The notes beneath the pieces are model-generated. The model saw nothing but the letters and a program-made list of their open reading frames with translations. It searched no databases and was not told the DNA's origin. A DNA stretch of 64,000 bases from Patescibacteria group bacterium (lineage in GTDB: Bacteria; Patescibacteriota; Patescibacteriia; JACRDY01), in contig JBAZLA010000003.1 of NCBI GenBank assembly GCA_041650515.1, positions 30,819 through 94,818 of the forward strand, given 5' to 3'. Below, piece after piece: positions 44,350-53,485 of this stretch; position 1 is the first letter of the stretch; each line of letters begins with the position of its first letter. Both the position numbers and the translations under genes were made by a program.

Positions 44350-46023
44350 ATGCCTAAGTGCAGAAAATGTAACCAAGAATTTATTATTTCTGATTTTGAG
44401 ATAAAATTTTTAGATCGGATTAGTCCGGTTATCGGCGGTCGGAAATATCAGATTCCTCAGCCGGTTTTTTGTTCGGAGTGTCGTCTACGTTTTCGGACGG
44501 TTCATCGTAATGAGGCCTATCTATTTAAGAATGTTTCAGCCAAAAGCGGCCGGGAAATCATTTCTTTGTATTCGCCGGAAATGCCGTGGAATAAAGAATT
44601 AAAACTTTATACTCCAGAAGAGTGGTGGCAAGATGATTGGGACGGCCTTGATTATGGTCGTGATTTTGATTTCTCGCGGCCGTTTTTTGAACAGTTTAAC
44701 GAATTAGCTCGAGCCGTGCCGCGGTTAGCGTTAATGATCAGCAATTGCCAAAACTCCGACTATACTACTGGGACTGGTTATTGCAAAAACTGCTATCTCG
44801 TAAATTGTTCGGAAAATGATGAAGATTGTTATTATGGTAAGCTGATTCAGAGCAGCCGTGATATTATGGATTCAGATTTTGTTTACAAATCGGAGCTCTG
44901 CTACGGTTGTTTTAATATTACCGAATGTTATCATTGCTTGTATCTTTCTTATGGTTTACATTGTCACGATTGTTATTTTTCGGAAAATTTACATGGTTGT
45001 AGCAGCTGTCTTTTTTGTACCAATCTGACAAACCAAGAATATTGCATTCGGAACAAATCGGTGACTAAAGAAGATTTTGAAAAAGCCAAAGATGAGGTTT
45101 TAGGTTCACGGACTAAGGTTAGCCAGGCGGTTAAGATCCTCAATGAATTGCGTCAAAAACGCATTCATAAGTATGCAGCGGTAGTTAAGTGTCAAAATTC
45201 AACTGGCGATTTTTTGACCAATTGTAAAAATTGTACAGATTGCTATGACTGTAATGATAGCGAGGATTGCAAATACGTTGTTGTCGGAGTTAACGTCAAA
45301 GATTTGGTTGATTGTTCAAATATGTATTTAAAGCAGGAGCTGGCTTATCAGGTTTTGGGCACAATTGATATTTACGACGTTATATTTTCTCTTTATATTT
45401 TTTATAGTCAACATATCATGTACAGCGAAAGTTGCTGGAGTAGTAAAAATTTATTTGGTTGCTGCGGCCTGCGCAATAAAGAGTATTGTGTTTTTAATAA
45501 ACAATATACTGAAGAGGAATATAATAAGCTGGTGCCTAGAATTATTGAACATATGCAAAAAACAGGTGAATGGGGCAATTATTTTCCTGCTCAATATTCG
45601 CCTTTTCCTTACAATCACACCGTAGCGCATGATTATTTATCGTTAACTAAAGAAGAGACGCTAGAACTTGGTTGTTATTGGTTGGAGGTTGGTGCTAAGG
45701 AAAAATTACCGGCCACCAGCGAACTACCTGATAAAATCAGCGAGGCGACTGATGGTGTGATTAATGAAATGTTTGCTTGCCGAGAATGCGGCCGTAATTA
45801 TAAAATTGTCAAACAAGAATTGATTCGTTTGCGTCAGTTGCAAATGCCGCTGCCAGATAAATGTTCTTATTGTCGCCAGGCCGAACGGATGCAGAAACGC
45901 AATCCGCGTCGGTTATATGATCGAGTTTGTAATAAATGTAGTAAAGAAATTAAAACCACTTATCCGCCAACCCGTCCGGAACAGATTTACTGTGAGGAGT
46001 GTTATCAGAAGGAGATTTATTAG
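44350..46023 (+). CDS. Cys-rich double-zinc-ribbon repeat protein, paralog 8
   Basis: MPKCRKCNQEFIISDFEIKFLDRISPV...; C-terminal CRECGRNYKIVKQEL...YCEECYQKEIY. The track ORF start 44296 is a likely upstream extension. Confidence 0.7.
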   Translation: MPKCRKCNQEFIISDFEIKFLDRISPVIGGRKYQIPQPVFCSECRLRFRTVHRNEAYLFKNVSAKSGREIISLYSPEMPWNKELKLYTPEEWWQDDWDGLDYGRDFDFSRPFFEQFNELARAVPRLALMISNCQNSDYTTGTGYCKNCYLVNCSENDEDCYYGKLIQSSRDIMDSDFVYKSELCYGCFNITECYHCLYLSYGLHCHDCYFSENLHGCSSCLFCTNLTNQEYCIRNKSVTKEDFEKAKDEVLGSRTKVSQAVKILNELRQKRIHKYAAVVKCQNSTGDFLTNCKNCTDCYDCNDSEDCKYVVVGVNVKDLVDCSNMYLKQELAYQVLGTIDIYDVIFSLYIFYSQHIMYSESCWSSKNLFGCCGLRNKEYCVFNKQYTEEEYNKLVPRIIEHMQKTGEWGNYFPAQYSPFPYNHTVAHDYLSLTKEETLELGCYWLEVGAKEKLPATSELPDKISEATDGVINEMFACRECGRNYKIVKQELIRLRQLQMPLPDKCSYCRQAERMQKRNPRRLYDRVCNKCSKEIKTTYPPTRPEQIYCEECYQKEIY

Positions 46024-46024
46024 T

Positions 46025-47692
46025 ATGCCAAATTGTCAAAACTGCCAAAAAGAATTTAAGGTTTTTCCTGAAGAGCTGCCATTCTTTAAGAAAATGGATT
46101 TACCCTTGCCAAAACTCTGCCCAACTTGTCGGGCGCAACGGCGTTGGGCTTTTCGCAACCAAAGTAAGCTCTATAAGCGGAAATGCGATTTTACCGGCGA
46201 AAAGATGGTCTCACTTTATGCTGATGATTCGCCCTTTAAAGTGTATAAGGAAGATATTTGGTGGAGTGACAAGTGGGATCCGATGAGTTATGGTCGGGAG
46301 TTTGATTTTTCTCGTCCATTTTTTGATCAGTTCCACGATTTACGGTTGGCCGTGCCGCGGCGGGGGATGCAGCAGGATGGCACCAATACTAATTGCGATT
46401 ATACGACTTTTGGCATGAGTAATAAAAATTGTTACTTAGTTTTTGCTGGTTTTTATTGTGAAGATGTTTATTATTCGGCCTGGACCGGTATGTCGCGGGA
46501 TTGTCTGGATTGCTTAGTGGTGATAAACGGTGAATTAACCTACGAATGTGTAGAATGCACCAAATGTTATCATTGTCTTTATTGTAAAGATTGTGTTAAT
46601 TGTTTAGATAGTTATCTGTTGGAGAATTGCTCTAACTGCCAAAATTGCATTGCTTGTAAAAATTTACAGAATAAAAAGTATTACGTTTATAATCAAAAAG
46701 TCACGCCGGAGGAATTTGAAAAATTAAAGCAAAAATTAGAGACTGGTCCGGTAGATACCGAAAGAGAAAAATTCGATCAATGGAAATTAAGTTTTCCGTG
46801 TCGTTATACTCATATGGTCGCTTCGGAAAATTGCGACGGTGATTATATTGAGCACGGTAAAAATTGTCATGACTGCTTTGGTATTCTGCAAGGGGCGGAA
46901 AACTGTTGGCATTGTCAGATGACCGGCGCGCAAGCTAAGGAAGCAATTGATTGCTCGATGGCTGGCATGGATAGTCAATTAACTTATGAGCTACATGCTA
47001 GTGTTGGTGGTTATTATACGGCTTTTTGTAATTTTTCTCGTCATGGCAAAAATGTTTATTATTGCGATTCAATGAGTTCTTGCCAAGATTGTCTTGGCTG
47101 TATTGGTTTGCAGCACAAAAAGTTTTGTCTTTTGAATAAACAGTATAGCGCCGGAGAATATAGCCAGATGTTGCCGAAGGTCATTGAATATTTAAAAAAA
47201 ACCGGGGAGTGGGGAGAATTTTTTCCGATTAAGCACTCGCCCTTCCCTTTTAATGATACTTTGTCGCAAGAATTTTTTCCTATCAGCCGGGAGGAGGCGT
47301 TGGCCAAGAGTTATAGTTGGCGCGATGATGAAGACATAATTTACCAAAAACAAATCTATAAAGTTGATGCTGACATCACCAAAGTTAAAGATGATATTCT
47401 AGAAGCAGTTTTAGTCTGCCAGGGGTGTGGTAAAAATTATAAAATTATCCCGCAAGAATTAAGATTTTACCATAAGTTAAAAATAGCGATCCCCAAACTT
47501 TGTCCAGACTGTCGCCATACCCACCGAATGCGGCAAAGAAATCCGATGCAGTTGTATCACCGGCAATGTATGTGCGAGAGTACTAAACACGGCCATAAAG
47601 GTCGTTGTCCACAGGAATTTAAAACTACTTATGCCCTTGATCGCCAGGAATTGATTTACTGCGAAGAGTGTTATCAGAAAGAATTGTACTAA
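46025..47692 (+). CDS. Cys-rich double-zinc-ribbon repeat protein, paralog 9 (TAGTATG junction with paralog 8)
   Basis: MPNCQNCQKEFKVFPEELPFFKKMDLPLPKLCPTCR...; ends YCEECYQKELY. Confidence 0.75.
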   Translation: MPNCQNCQKEFKVFPEELPFFKKMDLPLPKLCPTCRAQRRWAFRNQSKLYKRKCDFTGEKMVSLYADDSPFKVYKEDIWWSDKWDPMSYGREFDFSRPFFDQFHDLRLAVPRRGMQQDGTNTNCDYTTFGMSNKNCYLVFAGFYCEDVYYSAWTGMSRDCLDCLVVINGELTYECVECTKCYHCLYCKDCVNCLDSYLLENCSNCQNCIACKNLQNKKYYVYNQKVTPEEFEKLKQKLETGPVDTEREKFDQWKLSFPCRYTHMVASENCDGDYIEHGKNCHDCFGILQGAENCWHCQMTGAQAKEAIDCSMAGMDSQLTYELHASVGGYYTAFCNFSRHGKNVYYCDSMSSCQDCLGCIGLQHKKFCLLNKQYSAGEYSQMLPKVIEYLKKTGEWGEFFPIKHSPFPFNDTLSQEFFPISREEALAKSYSWRDDEDIIYQKQIYKVDADITKVKDDILEAVLVCQGCGKNYKIIPQELRFYHKLKIAIPKLCPDCRHTHRMRQRNPMQLYHRQCMCESTKHGHKGRCPQEFKTTYALDRQELIYCEECYQKELY

Positions 47693-47702
47693 AATTTAAT
47701 TT

Positions 47703-48725
47703 ATGACCCTAATGCCAAAGGAAGAAAAAATTTTAAAATCGATTATTGTGCCATCAGAAAGCGACCCACACAAACCGGAATTCCCACCGGGCCATCCCAA
47801 ATTTCCGGCAACGCCGACCTATAAAATTAAAGTGTCGGGTTTTAGTAATGTTTGGCTTAAAGATGAGAGTATTAATCCAACCGGCACTCATAAAGACCGG
47901 CTGGCTTGGGAGATGGTAGTAACTTATAAGCAGTTACTTTTAGCTAAGAAAGAGGGTCGTTTGAAGGCGATACCCCAGATGTCAATTATTAGCTCCGGTT
48001 CAGCCGCTAATGCCGTTCAGTCCATGTTGCGACGTCATAGTCTGCCCAATCTTAAAGTTTTAGTTGATTATCGAACCGACGACAAGATTAAAAAATCATT
48101 GCGTCAAATTGGTTGCGGTATCTACGAAACGGACCTTTCCAAGAGGATTTTATACCGAGATGATATTCTAAAACTTACTGATAATCTCGGCGGCATTGAT
48201 ATCACTTCTGACGATTCATTGGGCCCACATAGTATTTTTTATGATTGGATGAGTTATGAGATTATTAATCAGAATGCTGATTATGTTTTTATTCCCTATG
48301 GAACAGGTAATTTGTATGAAAATATTATTAACGTAGCGGTCCGAGAAGTAAGAAGTTTTCTGATTCACGACCGTCGCTTTAAAGGTAATGTGAATAAAAT
48401 CCGTAATTGTAACTTTTTTGGCGCGACGACTAATAACCCCAATACCAAGGCCGATAAATTGTATTCACCCCATTTGCCGTTTATTCATTTCGACAATAAT
48501 TGGATCCAACTGGCCATTGCCAAGGGTTATATCGGTAATGAATCTAATGTTTATATTATCCAGGAGAGCTATTTAGATGAAGCGATGAAATTAGCTAAAA
48601 AGAATAAGGTAACTTGTGAGCCGTCGGGTATTGCTGGCTTAGCCTTGATGTTGCAGCTCAAAGATAGGCTACCGAGGGACAAAAAAATGTTAATTGTTAA
48701 TACTGGAAAAACTAAATTAAAATAA
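47703..48725 (+). CDS. PLP-dependent enzyme, fold-type II (threonine synthase / cysteine synthase / TrpB-like PALP family)
   Basis: KDESINPTGTHKDR contains the canonical PLP-lysine motif (cf. NPTGSFKDR). Begins 10 nt after paralog 9. Confidence 0.6.
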   Translation: MTLMPKEEKILKSIIVPSESDPHKPEFPPGHPKFPATPTYKIKVSGFSNVWLKDESINPTGTHKDRLAWEMVVTYKQLLLAKKEGRLKAIPQMSIISSGSAANAVQSMLRRHSLPNLKVLVDYRTDDKIKKSLRQIGCGIYETDLSKRILYRDDILKLTDNLGGIDITSDDSLGPHSIFYDWMSYEIINQNADYVFIPYGTGNLYENIINVAVREVRSFLIHDRRFKGNVNKIRNCNFFGATTNNPNTKADKLYSPHLPFIHFDNNWIQLAIAKGYIGNESNVYIIQESYLDEAMKLAKKNKVTCEPSGIAGLALMLQLKDRLPRDKKMLIVNTGKTKLK

Positions 48726-49588
48726 TGAAAATTCTTGTTGTCTACAATCCCGTTTCCGGGAAAAAGAAAAATATTCAGCAGTCGCTCAAAAAAGCTTTAG
48801 TGGCTATTGATTATGATTGGCTGGAGACCAATACGGCTGGTGATTATTTAGACGGCGTTGTTGGTTCGATCTACCAGCGGGTGATTGTGGTGGGCGGTGA
48901 TGGCACAGTGCATCAAGTAGCAAATTGGATTATTAAAAATAATTATGATTTAGTCTTGGGCATCATTCCTCAGGGAAGTGCTAATTTGTTAGCTACTTGT
49001 TTTAAAATTCCTCATTTTTTGGGTCCAGCATTAAAGATTGCCCTGGGTGCCAATTATCAAACCATCGATGTTGGTCTGGTTAATAAAGAAAAATATTTTT
49101 TAATTGCCGCGGGGCTGGGCTATGACGCCTGGGTGATTAAAAACACGAAGCGGGCGTGGAAACGTTTGTTTGGTTTTTGGGCTTATACCGTTGCTTTATT
49201 TCAGGGTTTGTTTAAACTTAAAGAAGCCAATTTTTCCTTAACTATTGATGGTATCCGTCACCAATATCACGCCAAAACAGTTTTTATTATGAATTTTGGC
49301 AAATTTTTAGGATTTAATTTTGGGCCAGATATTTCTTATACTGATGGTTACCTAAGTTTAGCAATTGTCCGGCCGGTTAAACTGATTGATTACTGGATTA
49401 TGCTTGGTCGGCTAATCGGTCGACAATACTTTTGGCAAAAACGGCTAGAATATTTTAAATTTAAACGTTTACAAATTAACTATAACAAAAAGGTTTTGGC
49501 TCAGCTAGACGGCGAAGATCTATTATTGGGTAGTCCGGTGGAGATCGAAGTAGTGGATAAAAAAATAAAAATTGCTGGTAAATTATGA
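48725..49588 (+). CDS. DAGK-catalytic-domain lipid kinase (YegS/BmrU family)
   Basis: KILVVYNPVSGKKK...VIVVGGDGTVHQV (GGDGT motif). Confidence 0.7.
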   Translation: MKILVVYNPVSGKKKNIQQSLKKALVAIDYDWLETNTAGDYLDGVVGSIYQRVIVVGGDGTVHQVANWIIKNNYDLVLGIIPQGSANLLATCFKIPHFLGPALKIALGANYQTIDVGLVNKEKYFLIAAGLGYDAWVIKNTKRAWKRLFGFWAYTVALFQGLFKLKEANFSLTIDGIRHQYHAKTVFIMNFGKFLGFNFGPDISYTDGYLSLAIVRPVKLIDYWIMLGRLIGRQYFWQKRLEYFKFKRLQINYNKKVLAQLDGEDLLLGSPVEIEVVDKKIKIAGKL

Positions 49589-50286
49589 TTAATTATCAAG
49601 ATCGACAACGTCAGTTAATTGGTCGAATAAAAAGTGATTCAGACTTAAAATATAATCAGGCGACGATTATTGCGATGGAACCCAATAAGGTCGCCTATAA
49701 TAATTCTCAGGAAATTACTCTAACCTTGGTGGTTTTTGTGCCAGCTAGTCTTGGCCAGGTAATTCAGGAAAAAATTATTTTGCCATTGCAAAAAATTGAG
49801 CCAGAACATTTTTATTCTCCGCTAAAATCGTTGCATTTAACCATTAAAAATGTCAGAGCCGCCAGCCGGCCGCCGACGTTTACTGCCGAGGAGGTTAAAA
49901 AAGTCGACGAGTTATTCAAAAAGATTGTTCCCAATCTTTTGTCATTTGATTTTACCCTCGAAGGCCTGATGCCTTTTGCTACTAGTGCTTCCCTGATGGG
50001 TTATTGCGACGAGAGGTTGAAAGATCTAGTTATTGGTCTAGATGCTGGTTTGCGCCAGATTGGTGTGCCCGATAATAAGAAATATTTTTCTAATGAGATA
50101 TTTTTTGGTAATATTAGTCTATGCCGCTTTGTTCATGAGCCATCGTTGGCCTTTATGAATAAAGTTGAGGCGATGGCTCGAATATCAGTTGGTAACTTAC
50201 CGATTAAACAAATTAGCTTAATCACCTGTAACAAAGTTTGTAGTCAAGAGAGTCAGAAAATTATTGGTACTTATAATTTAAAGTAA
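49585..50286 (+). CDS. Hypothetical protein, possibly 2H-phosphoesterase-like
   Basis: One H-x-T-x motif (SLHLTIK). The second motif is degenerate. Weak. Confidence 0.35.
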   Translation: MINYQDRQRQLIGRIKSDSDLKYNQATIIAMEPNKVAYNNSQEITLTLVVFVPASLGQVIQEKIILPLQKIEPEHFYSPLKSLHLTIKNVRAASRPPTFTAEEVKKVDELFKKIVPNLLSFDFTLEGLMPFATSASLMGYCDERLKDLVIGLDAGLRQIGVPDNKKYFSNEIFFGNISLCRFVHEPSLAFMNKVEAMARISVGNLPIKQISLITCNKVCSQESQKIIGTYNLK

Positions 50287-50287
50287 T

Positions 50288-51130
50288 ATGAAAAAAGTTT
50301 TAATCATCGGCGCGGCGGGTATGCTTGGTCAATATTTGGCTAAGATTTTTACTAACGAAGATTTGTATTTAGTTGATCGCGATAAGCTAGATATTATTAA
50401 TCCAGCCGCAGTTCTAAAATTAGTTAGGGATTTAAAGCCCCAGGTTATTATTAATGCTGCGGCTTATAATGCCGTTGATTTGGCCGAAACTGATTTTGTC
50501 ACCGCGCAGCAGGTTAATGGCTATGCAGTTGGTTCTTTGGCTAAAGCGGCTAAAGAGGTTGACGCTATTTTAATTCACTATAGCACCGATTATGTTTTCG
50601 ATGGGGAAAAAGAGGAGGGTTATGTTGAAACTGATTTGCCTAATCCTATTTCTAGATATGGCCAGTCAAAGTATTTGGGCGAGCAGGAATTGCAGGAAAA
50701 TTGTGATAAATATTATTTAATTCGGTTGTCGCGACTATTTGGCCGGGTTGGTGATGGCGTGGGAGTCAAAGAAAGTTTTGTTGATAAAATTTTAAAACTA
50801 ACTCAGAATAAAAGCGAACTGGAAATAATTGATGAGGAAGTATCGAGCCCAACTTACGCGGCTGATTTAGCCGAATTTACCTTGGCATTGCTAGTCAAAG
50901 GTGAGCCATTTGGTATTTATCATGGTGCTAATAGCGGTAGCTGCACTTGGTTTGGGCTGGCCCAAGAGGTTGCCAAAATAAGGGGAATTGATATAAGATT
51001 AATTCCAGTCTCCGGAGCTAAGCTAGCTCGAACGGCTAAACGGCCCAGATATTCAATCCTGCTCAATACTAAGTTTATCCCGATGAGATCTTGGCACGAG
51101 GCGCTAGCGGAGTATTTAAACCATGTCTAA
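50288..51130 (+). CDS. rmlD: dTDP-4-dehydrorhamnose reductase-like NAD(P)-dependent reductase
   Basis: MKKVLIIGAAGMLGQYL Rossmann, YGQSKYLGE (YxxxK), about 280 aa. Adjacent to rmlA. Confidence 0.65.
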   Translation: MKKVLIIGAAGMLGQYLAKIFTNEDLYLVDRDKLDIINPAAVLKLVRDLKPQVIINAAAYNAVDLAETDFVTAQQVNGYAVGSLAKAAKEVDAILIHYSTDYVFDGEKEEGYVETDLPNPISRYGQSKYLGEQELQENCDKYYLIRLSRLFGRVGDGVGVKESFVDKILKLTQNKSELEIIDEEVSSPTYAADLAEFTLALLVKGEPFGIYHGANSGSCTWFGLAQEVAKIRGIDIRLIPVSGAKLARTAKRPRYSILLNTKFIPMRSWHEALAEYLNHV

Positions 51131-51857
51131 ATTTAGTTTTATGAAGGGTATAATTTTAGCCGGCGGTCACGCCACTCGATTGCGGCCATTGACCAAAGTC
51201 ACTTCCAAACAATTATTGCCGATTTACGACAAGCCGATGATTTTTTATCCGCTTAATACTTTACTTAAAGCTGGGATAAAAGATATTTTGATAATCTTGG
51301 CGCCGGAGAATGCTGGTCAGTTCTTGAATCTGCTTGGTTCTGGTCGGGAGTTCGGCGCTAATTTTAGTTACGAAATTCAGGAGTCGCCGCGGGGCTTAGC
51401 TGATGCTTTTATTGTCGGCGAAAATTTTATTGGCGACGACAATGTCACTATGATTTTGGGTGATAATATTGTTGGCGATGATTTATCCGAGGATATTGCT
51501 AGTTTTCAAAAAGGTGGTCGGATATTCTGTAAAAAAGTTCCCGATCCCGAGCGATTTGGCGTAGCGGCTTTTGATGATCAGATGAAAGTAACCAAGATTA
51601 TTGAAAAACCAAAAGAATGGATTTCTGACTATGCCATTATTGGTGTTTATGTTTATGATAACCGAGTGATTGAGCTCGCTAAAAAGGTCAAGCCATCCGA
51701 CCGTGGCGAGATCGAAATTACCGAATTACATAATGCTTATTTAGAGCTTGGCGAATTGGACGTTCGCTTTATTAAAGGGGAGTGGTTTGATGCTGGGACG
51801 TTTGATTCACTTCTAGCGGCGAGTAATTTTGTTGCCGGGAAATCAAAAAAGCAATAA
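51123..51857 (+). CDS. rmlA: Glucose-1-phosphate thymidylyltransferase (alternative ATG at 51141)
   Basis: MKGIILAGGHATRLRPLTKVTSKQLLPIYDKPMIFYPLNTLLKAGIKDILII is the classic RmlA N-terminus. Confidence 0.75.
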   Translation: MSKFSFMKGIILAGGHATRLRPLTKVTSKQLLPIYDKPMIFYPLNTLLKAGIKDILIILAPENAGQFLNLLGSGREFGANFSYEIQESPRGLADAFIVGENFIGDDNVTMILGDNIVGDDLSEDIASFQKGGRIFCKKVPDPERFGVAAFDDQMKVTKIIEKPKEWISDYAIIGVYVYDNRVIELAKKVKPSDRGEIEITELHNAYLELGELDVRFIKGEWFDAGTFDSLLAASNFVAGKSKKQ

Positions 51858-51894
51858 ATAGTACACAGTACTTAGCACAGAGTGCACAATAATA

Positions 51895-51926
51895 ATACCC
51901 CGAGCCTTAATATGGAGTCGGGGTAT
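51895..51926. terminator. Hairpin between convergent rmlA and the minus-strand PEGA gene
   Basis: ataccccga-gccttaatatggag-tcggggtat: 9-bp stem, AT-rich flanks. Confidence 0.45.
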
Positions 51927-51979
51927 TATAGTTTAAAAAGGAAGTTGAAGTACTCCGTACTCTATACTGTGCGTTGCTA

Positions 51980-53380
51980 TTATTGAATGTTGATTTTATA
52001 TAAGCCGCTGGACTGACCGATCTGGCCAGGAAAATAGATATTCTCACCGCTTTGGTCAAGGTAAAAATCATCAACTTTTTCATTTTTAGTTAGATCAATG
52101 ATATTACGTTTGCCACGTTCATCTAATTCGGCAATCTGAAGCGAATTATCAACTAGGAAAGCGATATATTCAATTTTGGGTATTAAATAGGCCCGTTTAA
52201 TTATCTGGCCAAAGCGGGTGATGAGTTTGTTGTTTTTGGTGTCCAGGTCATAAATATAAAGTTCAAAGTCATTATAATAAACCAACTTTTTATCTTTGCT
52301 GTCCCAATTAAAATTTTTGGCTTCAGCTTCTAAAATTATCGACTCAAAATGGGGAGCAATTAGATACATTTTTTGTTTAGTGGTGTCCAGAATAGTAATC
52401 GTTAGGTTTTTATTATAATAAAATTGATAGTTATCTGCCCGGGCTAGCTTCAAAATACGAGCGGCCGGTTTTTTAGGTTGGTCTAAATCAATTTTATTTA
52501 GATATGAGCCATCAGCAGTGGTTTGAATATAAAAAAGATTTTTGTTTTCGGCGATAAAATCACTGATATTGGTGTCCTCTGTATCGCTCGGGAAATAATG
52601 GATGATTCGATATTCTTTAGTCAGAGTATTAATTTGGTAGATAGCGCGTCCCGATAAGCCATATAGAGTGTAGTTGTTAGTTTTATCCCAAAAGACCTTA
52701 TCCATTGAGACATTGGTGATAGTGGTTATATCCGAAGGTTCTTTGGATTTGGTTAAATCGTATATTAAATAATCGTCCGATTCTGTCGTCAGCAACAACT
52801 GGGCGCTATTTTCTGACCAATCAACAGCGTTGATTTTTAGGTTAGTTTGGTTAACCAAGGTAGTTTGTAAATTTTGGTAATTAAAAATATAGATTTGATC
52901 ACTGGTTTGACCGGTAGCAACGTAGGCAATTTTTCCCTGATCGGGGGCGAGCTGGCTAAGACTGATTTTGTTATTTATTACTTGTTCGGGTAGATTCTGT
53001 TTAAATAAGATAACCTTATCGACAAAGGTGTTGGTTCCGCTATAAATCTCAACTTTTTTCTGCCAGGGGTAATAGCCATCTTTGTTAATCTTAATCTCGT
53101 GTTCGCCGGGTTTTAAGTTGACTATTCGGACAGTGTTGTCAGGACGGTAGCCCGTTTGGTTTACGTTTTCGAAGTAGATTTCACTATCATAAGGAAAGGC
53201 TTTGATTGAGATTGAGCCGGTTTTTTGGACTTCACCTTTTTTAAAATTATAACGATAACCAGCAGTATATAATACTAGGATCGGTGCGGTGGCTAAGAAA
53301 AGGAGGATAAAGATGATATAAACGACGCGGCGGGTTCTTAAAGACAACATAAATTTAGGCAAAATAGGAAGATTAACCAC
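51980..53380 (-). CDS. Membrane-anchored protein with PEGA domain and a predicted beta-rich C-terminal region
   Basis: N-terminal TM, then SISIKAFPYDSEIYFENVNQTGYRPDNTVRIVNLKPGEHEIKINKDGYYP (PEGA-like). Confidence 0.5.
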   Translation of the reverse strand: MVNLPILPKFMLSLRTRRVVYIIFILLFLATAPILVLYTAGYRYNFKKGEVQKTGSISIKAFPYDSEIYFENVNQTGYRPDNTVRIVNLKPGEHEIKINKDGYYPWQKKVEIYSGTNTFVDKVILFKQNLPEQVINNKISLSQLAPDQGKIAYVATGQTSDQIYIFNYQNLQTTLVNQTNLKINAVDWSENSAQLLLTTESDDYLIYDLTKSKEPSDITTITNVSMDKVFWDKTNNYTLYGLSGRAIYQINTLTKEYRIIHYFPSDTEDTNISDFIAENKNLFYIQTTADGSYLNKIDLDQPKKPAARILKLARADNYQFYYNKNLTITILDTTKQKMYLIAPHFESIILEAEAKNFNWDSKDKKLVYYNDFELYIYDLDTKNNKLITRFGQIIKRAYLIPKIEYIAFLVDNSLQIAELDERGKRNIIDLTKNEKVDDFYLDQSGENIYFPGQIGQSSGLYKINIQ

Positions 53381-53485
53381 TTCAGGTTATCTCGATTATA
53401 GCGCAAAGTCAAGCTTTTGGAAAACTTGTTTTTTATCCTTAGCTGGAGTAAAATGAGGTAGTGATTTTAATTCTAAAATTTGTCT

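Noticed and set aside
28289-47692. Possibility that the nucleotide-level repetition in 28-48 kb is a CRISPR array or IS/transposon cluster
   Set aside because: Repeat units are 1.6-kb protein-coding paralogs with divergent centres, not 25-40-bp direct repeats with spacers. No cas genes, transposase or integrase motifs (DDE, HUH, tyrosine recombinase R..HxxR..Y) were seen anywhere in the window.
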